Translations under genes and position numbers: made by a program
Shown: in pieces, positions 58,070 through 64,000 of the stretch
Layout of the letters: every line of letters starts with the position of its first letter
Position numbering within the stretch: position 1 is the first letter of the stretch
The notes under the pieces: generated by a model
Seen by the model: only the letters and a program-made list of their open reading frames with translations
What the model was told of the DNA's origin: nothing
The model's database searches: none
NCBI GenBank assembly: GCA_963774785.1
Contig: CAVZGH010000001.1
Location: 1,862,811 to 1,926,810 of the forward strand
Source: an uncultured Solirubrobacterales bacterium
GTDB lineage: Bacteria; Actinomycetota; Thermoleophilia; Solirubrobacterales; Solirubrobacteraceae
DNA: 64,000 nt
Direction of reading: 5' to 3'

Positions 58070-58344
58070 TGGCGGTGCTCGTGAAGATCCCCACCCAGCT
58101 GCGCGCCGCCGCCGAGGGCACCGCCGAGACGGAGGTCTCCGGCGCGACCGTGGCAGAGGCCCTGGACGGCCTCTATGAGCGCTACGGCGAGCTGCGCGAG
58201 CGCATCTCAAACGAGGATGGCTCGCTGCGGCGCTTCGTCAACGTCTACCTCGCCGGCGAGGACATCCGCTTCCTCGACGGACTCGCCACGCCGGTTCCCG
58301 ACGGCGCCGAGTTGACGATCCTCCCGGCGGTCGCCGGAGGCTGA
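58069..58344 (+). CDS. MoaD/ThiS/CysO-like sulfur carrier protein
   Basis: RRFVNVY...EDIRFL..L.T and C-terminal PAVAGG. Confidence 0.93.
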   Translation: MAVLVKIPTQLRAAAEGTAETEVSGATVAEALDGLYERYGELRERISNEDGSLRRFVNVYLAGEDIRFLDGLATPVPDGAELTILPAVAGG

Positions 58345-58348
58345 TCGA

Positions 58349-58654
58349 TCAGCGCGCCACGGCTGTGATGCCGGCGTGGGCCGCCGGGTGGGCGGCCGGC
58401 GCCGTGCCGGCGGGCGCTGCCACATGAGCGCTCGCCCGTGTGGTCTGGGCGTTGGTGCTCGAGGTCGGGGCGTTGTTGGGGTTCGGCGTCGAGCCACTGA
58501 AGCCGAGCGTCGCGACGAGCCCCGCCGCGCACATCGCGCCGACCGTCAGCCCGCGCAGTCGGCGCGGCGTCAGCCACGTGAAGCTGTGGGTCTGCAGCCA
58601 CGAGCGAAAGCCCGTCGCGCACGACGCCGCTGCCATCGCACAACCTGCGCACAT
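58349..58654 (-). CDS. Small hypothetical membrane protein with N-terminal CxxC
   Basis: MCAGC..., one TM segment; fills the intergenic gap. Confidence 0.5.
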   Translation of the reverse strand: MCAGCAMAAASCATGFRSWLQTHSFTWLTPRRLRGLTVGAMCAAGLVATLGFSGSTPNPNNAPTSSTNAQTTRASAHVAAPAGTAPAAHPAAHAGITAVAR

Positions 58655-58774
58655 ACCACGTTCAGAGTAGCGGTCATGTCCGCCAAATGACGGCAGCTTC
58701 GAGGGCGACGAAGGTTTCTACATTTCTTCACCTTCCTTGAGGTTTGCCTGAGCACTCTGCAGTTAGCTACCGGT

Positions 58775-59221
58775 ATGGCCATTCAGACACCAGTCCGTCC
58801 CGCTTTCGTCCCCACGGAGGGCATGACCGAGCAGCTCTTCGACGGGATCGCGTGCCTCGATGAGCGTGTCCGCCGTCAGGCGATGCCGGCCGACCCGCAT
58901 GAGCTATCGGGATTGGATCACCCCAGCAGCGAGACCGGCTGCTACATCGAGGTCCAGGGTCCCGGCGAGCGGCTGCTGATCCCGCTCGGCCCGGGCGTGA
59001 CGCACATCGGCCGCGGTCTCGCCGCGGATCTGCGCCTCGACGAGGACTCCGTCTCTCGCCGCCACGCGATTCTCGTGTACCGCCGCAACGGTTCGCGCAT
59101 CCTCGACGATCGCAGCTCCAATGGCACGTTCGTGAACGGCCGGCGCGTCACGCAGGCGGACCTGCGCGACGGTGACGTGCTCGTGCTCGGACGGGTCGTG
59201 CTGCGTTATCTGGAGCGCTGA
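58775..59221 (+). CDS. FHA-domain protein
   Basis: IGR, VSRRHA and SSNGTFVNG. Confidence 0.92.
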   Translation: MAIQTPVRPAFVPTEGMTEQLFDGIACLDERVRRQAMPADPHELSGLDHPSSETGCYIEVQGPGERLLIPLGPGVTHIGRGLAADLRLDEDSVSRRHAILVYRRNGSRILDDRSSNGTFVNGRRVTQADLRDGDVLVLGRVVLRYLER

Positions 59222-59246
59222 CGCAGCTGTGGCAGTTCGGAGATCA

Positions 59247-60236
59247 TCAGTGCCCGCCGAGGCTGAACGCGCCGCTGAGCACGACCGGCCCCGGTTTCGT
59301 GGCGTGTTCGTTGGTCTCGCGCGTGAGCAGCATCTCGTGGAATTCGCCGGCGTTAGCGGGTAGCAGCGCGCCGCCCTGCGCCTGCCCGTTGGAGCTGACG
59401 GGCGGGATCTTGCCCAGCGCCAGGGAGCTCGTCGGGGAGTTGTAGAGCCAGACCGCATAGAAGAAGCCCCGCGATGGCGGCAGGTGTTCAGCCGCGATGT
59501 AGAAGGCGCGCTTGGAGCCTTCAGAGAGGACCTCGGCGAGGCCGACGGTCTTGCTGTTCGGTTCGGGCGAGGTGAGCGCGATCTGCTTGTCGAGCGTGGG
59601 CTTCTTGCCCGAGGCCGTGGAGGTGCTCGATGTGGAGGTCGAGGGGGAACTTGATGTGGAGGTCGAGGGGGAACTTGATGTGGAGGTCGAGGGGGAACTT
59701 GATGTGGAGGTCGAGGGGGTGCTCGCGGTCGTCGTGGTGTTGCTCGCGCCGGTGCTGGCGCCGGTGCTTTGCGTGCTCGACGCTTTGTTGTTCGAGCCGC
59801 CGCCGCTGGTGATCAGGATCACGGCGACGATGACGATCGCGACGAGCGCCGCCAGCAGCAGCGCGCCGCCGCGCCTGGAGCTCGGCAGCGACCCGGAGAA
59901 GCCGCCATCTCTTCTGTAGCTTGGACGCGACTGCGCTGCGGGCGGTGGGGGAGGCGATGGAGGCGCTGGTGGTGACGGAGGCGCTGGCGTGGAGGATCGA
60001 GTGGCGCCGCGGGAGGCGCTCGCCTGCGCATCGCCGTCGCGCGCCGGTGCGCGAGCGCCCGCGCGCGACTCGCCCGGCTGCCGCGCGAGCGCGTCGAGCG
60101 CAGCGCCGGCGCGATCGCGGACGCTCTCCTGGGAAATGCCGAGCATCTCCGCGATCTCGGCGTGGCTCTTGCCCTGGCGGACGAGCAGCTGCAGCACCGC
60201 ACGCTGGTCGGGGGGAAGGTCGTCTAGTCGGCTCAT
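59247..60236 (-). CDS. Sigma70 region-4-like HTH fused to a TM helix and an RskA-like extracellular domain
   Basis: LDDLPPDQRAVLQL...SHAEIAEMLGIS..SVR; TM helix; S/T linker; YAVWL...LG...LLTRE...PGPVVL. Confidence 0.72.
   Translation of the reverse strand: MSRLDDLPPDQRAVLQLLVRQGKSHAEIAEMLGISQESVRDRAGAALDALARQPGESRAGARAPARDGDAQASASRGATRSSTPAPPSPPAPPSPPPPPAAQSRPSYRRDGGFSGSLPSSRRGGALLLAALVAIVIVAVILITSGGGSNNKASSTQSTGASTGASNTTTTASTPSTSTSSSPSTSTSSSPSTSTSSSPSTSTSSTSTASGKKPTLDKQIALTSPEPNSKTVGLAEVLSEGSKRAFYIAAEHLPPSRGFFYAVWLYNSPTSSLALGKIPPVSSNGQAQGGALLPANAGEFHEMLLTRETNEHATKPGPVVLSGAFSLGGH
59629..59719. repeat. 24-bp tandem repeat (about 3.8 copies) encoding the S/T linker
   Basis: GATGTGGAGGTCGAGGGGGAACTT at 59629, 59653, 59677 and 59701 (partial). 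Confidence 0.9.
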
Positions 60237-60270
60237 GGGCGCAGGTTGCGTAGGCTATCGTGGCGCCGGG

Positions 60271-60690
60271 ATGACCACGCCGACAGCAGAGCAGCTGAAC
60301 GAGCACAGGGTCGGGTTCGACCGTCTGTACGGCCTGGAGCTTGTGGAGCTCTCCGAGGGGGAGGTCCGGGCCAGGGTACGGCTGCGCGAGGAGCTCAAGC
60401 AGCCGATGGGCCTTTTACACGGGGGCGTCTACGCCTCGATCGCCGAGTCGCTGGCCTCGCTCGCGACCGCCCTCGGGGTGCTCGAGCGCGGCGAGGCCGC
60501 GATGGGCCTGTCGAACAACACGAGCTTCCTGCGTCCGGTCACCGAGGGCTCGGTGCATGCCCACGCGACGCGTCTGCACAGAGGCCGCACGACGTGGGTG
60601 TGGGACGTACGCTTTCGCGACGACGCCGGTCACCTGTGCGCGGTGACGCGAATGACGATCGCGGTGCGCCCCGCCGCGCCGCCGAGCTGA
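60271..60690 (+). CDS. PaaI-family thioesterase
   Basis: QPMGLLHGG, FLRP and HRGRTTWVW. Confidence 0.92.
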   Translation: MTTPTAEQLNEHRVGFDRLYGLELVELSEGEVRARVRLREELKQPMGLLHGGVYASIAESLASLATALGVLERGEAAMGLSNNTSFLRPVTEGSVHAHATRLHRGRTTWVWDVRFRDDAGHLCAVTRMTIAVRPAAPPS

Positions 60691-60759
60691 GCTGAGCTGA
60701 GCTGAGAAACGGGTCAGAAAGCCCGCTGACGGCATCTCAGGCCGATTGCGGGCCAATTT

Positions 60760-61380
60760 CTAATTTGGCGGTCGCAGAAGCGTCGGCGTTTGGCCAGGCA
60801 GCGGCTGTTCTCCGAAGCCGGTATCTGGGAGCGGCGCTGGCAGCGGCGCTGTGGGAGCGCCGGGATCGTTGATCGGTACGGCCGTCTCGGCGGCGGTATG
60901 GGCAAGCGCGGGACTGTCGGCGTAGATGTCGAGGACGACACCGGCCGCCGGCAGCTCGATCGTCTCGTCCGCCTGCGCGGCCACGCCGGTGACGCCGCGG
61001 AGGCGGATCGCATGGTGTGGCTGAGAGCCGGCCGGGATGAAGCTGTTGTCGGGGGATGTGACCACCCGCAGGTGCGCGAGGCAGGTGTTCTGCCCGCCCT
61101 GCGCGCAGTCGCCGTACTGGATCGTGAACGCGCCGCTGGGATCCTCGGCTGCTTCGGTAATCGCCATGCCCCGGAAGGAGCCGCCCAGCCAGTAGATGGG
61201 ATGGGGCGCGAGGATCAGGTCCTCGAGCGTGGTATGAGAGATCGGCTGGTCCTGCAGGGTGTCGCCGCAGCCGCCGAGCGCGAGCGTGCAGAGGCCGAGC
61301 GCGAGCGTGCAGAGGCCGAGCGCGAGCGGGCGCTTGGGCGAGAGATTGCCTCTGTGTGAGAGATTGGCTCCGGGCATCAT
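60760..61380 (-). CDS. Putative lipoprotein
   Basis: Hydrophobic signal with LGGC lipobox; signal expanded by a 21-bp repeat (LALGLCT). Confidence 0.7.
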   Translation of the reverse strand: MMPGANLSHRGNLSPKRPLALGLCTLALGLCTLALGGCGDTLQDQPISHTTLEDLILAPHPIYWLGGSFRGMAITEAAEDPSGAFTIQYGDCAQGGQNTCLAHLRVVTSPDNSFIPAGSQPHHAIRLRGVTGVAAQADETIELPAAGVVLDIYADSPALAHTAAETAVPINDPGAPTAPLPAPLPDTGFGEQPLPGQTPTLLRPPN

Positions 61381-63185
61381 CGGATGGGACGGCTGCTGTA
61401 CCTGTTGGTGATCGGCATACGCCGGTCACGGCCGAAGGCGCGCGTGGTGACCTTGATGCCGGGAGGCGCCTGGCGGCGCTTGTACTCGGCGAGATCGACG
61501 AGCCGGATCGTGCGATCGACCTCCTGCGCGGGCAGGCCTTCGGCGATCAGCTGCTCGCGTCCCTTGTCGAGCTCGATATAGCCCGCAAGGATGCGATCGA
61601 GCAGCTCGTAGGGGGGCAGCGAGTCCTCATCGCGCTGGTCGTGGCGGAGCTCTGCCGTGGGCGCACGCGCGATGATCGACGGCGGGATCGGGGCGCTTGC
61701 GCGAGCGCGCTTACGCCCACCTGTGGCCTCAATGGCGGCCGTGGCTGCTCCGGCGGAGTTGCGCCATGCGCACAGGCGATAGACGAGCGTCTTCGGCACG
61801 TCCTTGATCACGGCGAGGCCGCCGGCGAGATCTCCGTAGAGAGTCGTGTAACCGACCGACATCTCCGACTTGTTACCGGTCGTCAGCACGAGCCATCCGA
61901 ACTCGTTGGAGAGCGCCATCAGCAGGTTGCCGCGGATCCGGGCCTGGAGGTTCTCCTCGGTGAGGTCTGGACCCCCATCCGCATCTGGGGGTCCGGCGAG
62001 CTGACTCTGGAGCGTCCGCGTGTAGGCGTCCATGACGGGCTCGATGCGCAGCTCGTGCGTACGGACGCCGAGTGCGACCGCGAGCGCATGCGCGTCATCC
62101 TGGGTGGCGGCGGAGGAGTAGGGGGAGGGCATGATCGCAGCGCTGACGCGCTCGGCGCCGAGCGCGTCAGCGGCCAGGCAGGCGACGAGCGCTGAGTCGA
62201 TCCCACCGGAGAGGCCAAGGACGACGTGAGAGAAACCATTCTTCTCGACGTAGTCGCGCAGCCCGAGCATCAGCGCGGCGTAGATCTCCGCCTCCTCGGG
62301 CGCGATTGGCTTGGCAAGACGTGGCGGGATCGCGTCGAGCTGCACCGGCGCGGGGGATGGGCTTGCAAGCACAGCCAGGGGAGCGCTCGCCTCGCCCGCC
62401 TTTGGCTCCGATGTCCTCACGGGAGGATCGTCGGCGCTCGGCGGTGGACCGCAGGGGGCGTCGAGGTCGATGTCACACAGCAGCAGATCCTCCTCGAACT
62501 GCGCCGCCCGGGCGAGCGTCTCGCCGGTGCGCTCGACGACAAAAGAGTGACCGTCGAACAGCAGCTCGTCCTGACCGCCGACGAGCCCGCAGAACGCGAC
62601 CGGAACCCCGTCTTCGCGCGCACGCCGGCCAAACAGCAGCTCCCGTTCGAGGCCCTTGCCGGCGTGGTAGGGGGAGGCGGAGATGTTCACGATCAAGCGC
62701 GCGCCGTCGGCGGCCTCCTGTGATGCCGGTGGGCCGGGCAGCCAGAGGTCCTCGCAGACGGTCAACCCAACCAGCCGCCCTCCCAACTCGATCGTCGCGC
62801 CCGAGCTCCCGGGATGAAAGTAGCGCCGCTCGTCGAATACTCCGTAGTTGGGGAGGTGGACCTTGCGGTAGATCGCCTGGACGGTCCCGTCGGCGAGCAC
62901 GGCCGCAGCGTTGTAGAGGTGTCCGTCGGCGTGCTCCGGGAAGCCGACGAGCGCGACCACGCCGTGCGTTTCGCCCGCCAGCTCCGTGAGCGCGTCGCGG
63001 GCGTCGGCGAGGAAATGCTCACGCAGCAGCAGATCCTCGGGGGGGTAGCCGGTGAGGGCGAGCTCACCGAACAGCACGAGCTCAGCGCCGGCGTCGCGGG
63101 CTTCGTCCAGACCCGTTCGAATACGCGCCGCGTTGCCGGCGATGTCGCCCACGGTGGGGTTCATCTGGCAGAGCGCCAGGCGCAC
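61377..63185 (-). CDS. nadE: Glutamine-dependent NAD+ synthetase
   Basis: Nitrilase domain (GYPPED, CEDLW) plus GLSGGIDS, ENLQARIR, TGNKSE and EYKRRQ. Confidence 0.96.
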   Translation of the reverse strand: MRLALCQMNPTVGDIAGNAARIRTGLDEARDAGAELVLFGELALTGYPPEDLLLREHFLADARDALTELAGETHGVVALVGFPEHADGHLYNAAAVLADGTVQAIYRKVHLPNYGVFDERRYFHPGSSGATIELGGRLVGLTVCEDLWLPGPPASQEAADGARLIVNISASPYHAGKGLERELLFGRRAREDGVPVAFCGLVGGQDELLFDGHSFVVERTGETLARAAQFEEDLLLCDIDLDAPCGPPPSADDPPVRTSEPKAGEASAPLAVLASPSPAPVQLDAIPPRLAKPIAPEEAEIYAALMLGLRDYVEKNGFSHVVLGLSGGIDSALVACLAADALGAERVSAAIMPSPYSSAATQDDAHALAVALGVRTHELRIEPVMDAYTRTLQSQLAGPPDADGGPDLTEENLQARIRGNLLMALSNEFGWLVLTTGNKSEMSVGYTTLYGDLAGGLAVIKDVPKTLVYRLCAWRNSAGAATAAIEATGGRKRARASAPIPPSIIARAPTAELRHDQRDEDSLPPYELLDRILAGYIELDKGREQLIAEGLPAQEVDRTIRLVDLAEYKRRQAPPGIKVTTRAFGRDRRMPITNRYSSRPIR

Positions 63186-63206
63186 TTCGGACGAGCCCCT
63201 ATCCGG

Positions 63207-64000
63207 TCAGCTCTGCACGGCGGGAGGCTTGTCCAGCGAGCCGCGTCCGTTGGTGCTCGCGGCCGCCTGGCGCCGCGGTTTGGAAGCGCCATTGGTCGCT
63301 GACGTGGCGAGGGCTGCTTTGCGCCTCGCGGGCCTTGCGTCGCTGGTTCCGGTTTCAGTGGCGGTCTTGCGCGTCGCGGTCTTGCGACCGTTGACCAGAG
63401 ATTCCTTGGTCCCGACCCCGGGCCCGGCTTTGCGGGAGGACCTTGCGCCGTTGGCCCGCGCGGCGCCGGTGCGCCTTGTGCCGCGAGCCTTCGAGCGCTT
63501 GGCAGGAAGGCCCGCCGCACGCGCCAGCGAGGCGATCGCCAGGCGCAGGTCGCGCACGATCCCCTCGAGGCCGGGCAGCGCGTCGTAGTCGGCGAGCAGG
63601 CCGAAGCCGAGGTGGCCGTCGTAGCTCATCACGGCGATCCCCAGCGCCTGACGGCGGGCGAGCGGGACGACGGGGTAGAGCACCTGCAGCCGGTGGCCGA
63701 GGAGGTAGAGCGGGAACTGCGGCCCGGGGACGTTCGTGACGACGAGGTTGAAGAAGCGCTGGCGCGCCTGCAGCCGCGCCGCCTGGCTGAGGATCGTCGG
63801 CGGCGCGAAGCCGGCGAGGTTGACGAGCGCCTGCGCGCCGACGGCCTGGCCGGACTCCTTCAGGTTCTTCATCTCGACGCTGATCTGCCGTAGGCACTCC
63901 GCTGGATCCTCGACGCCGACCGGGAGCGGAGCCCACATCGCGGCGACCTGGTTGCCGAGCGCGGGTGGGCGGGACTTCCGATCCGAGTCCGCGCGCACCG
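63207..64000 (-). CDS. Wax ester synthase/diacylglycerol acyltransferase (3' part)
   Basis: LGNQV, FNLVVTNVPGPQFPLY and MSYDG; basic low-complexity tail; 5' end outside the window. Confidence 0.9.
   Translation of the reverse strand, partial: VRADSDRKSRPPALGNQVAAMWAPLPVGVEDPAECLRQISVEMKNLKESGQAVGAQALVNLAGFAPPTILSQAARLQARQRFFNLVVTNVPGPQFPLYLLGHRLQVLYPVVPLARRQALGIAVMSYDGHLGFGLLADYDALPGLEGIVRDLRLAIASLARAAGLPAKRSKARGTRRTGAARANGARSSRKAGPGVGTKESLVNGRKTATRKTATETGTSDARPARRKAALATSATNGASKPRRQAAASTNGRGSLDKPPAVQS

Noticed and set aside
60684-60706. (GAGCT)n microsatellite as a phase-variation switch
   Set aside because: It lies at and after a stop codon between convergent genes, so there is no evident effect on a frame or promoter.
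17006-63936. Many long antisense or alternative-frame ORFs (e.g. 17006-18676, 33205-35550, 40738-42504, 52638-54314)
   Set aside because: Arg/Ala/Pro-rich shadow ORFs typical of high-GC DNA, overlapping well-supported genes.

Overview
GC-rich actinobacterial DNA; gene content and order suggest Thermoleophilia/Solirubrobacterales (inference). Bases 1-16.6 kb look like a decayed accessory island: cytochrome P450 (5'-truncated), three translationally coupled genes (IclR-type HTH, hypothetical, IclR), an 8.2 kb AT-richer RHS/YD-repeat gene with two inserted Vgb-like beta-propellers and a small downstream membrane ORF, an IS1380-family element, an HNH-like gene split by a stop codon, an excisionase plus integrase N-terminus cut by an IS3 element, and a ppk2 3' remnant. 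Bases 17-64 kb are mostly core genome: cNMP-TrxB, arylsulfotransferase, MFS, ppx, GT39, acetoacetate-CoA ligase, a cfa/DUF1365/FAD-oxidoreductase lipid cluster, RpiR, pdxST, PMM, yebC, vapBC, ruvCAB, secDF, recJ, rel, SAM-riboswitch-thrC-moaD, nadE and WS/DGAT. The most striking unexplained element is intergenic, at 35831-35977: six back-to-back perfect palindromes (22-26 bp) with different arms, all centred on CATG at about 24 bp spacing, followed by a non-canonical tRNA-like cloverleaf (36049-36121) and a terminator-like hairpin. Several single-base frameshifts in housekeeping genes suggest read or assembly indel errors.
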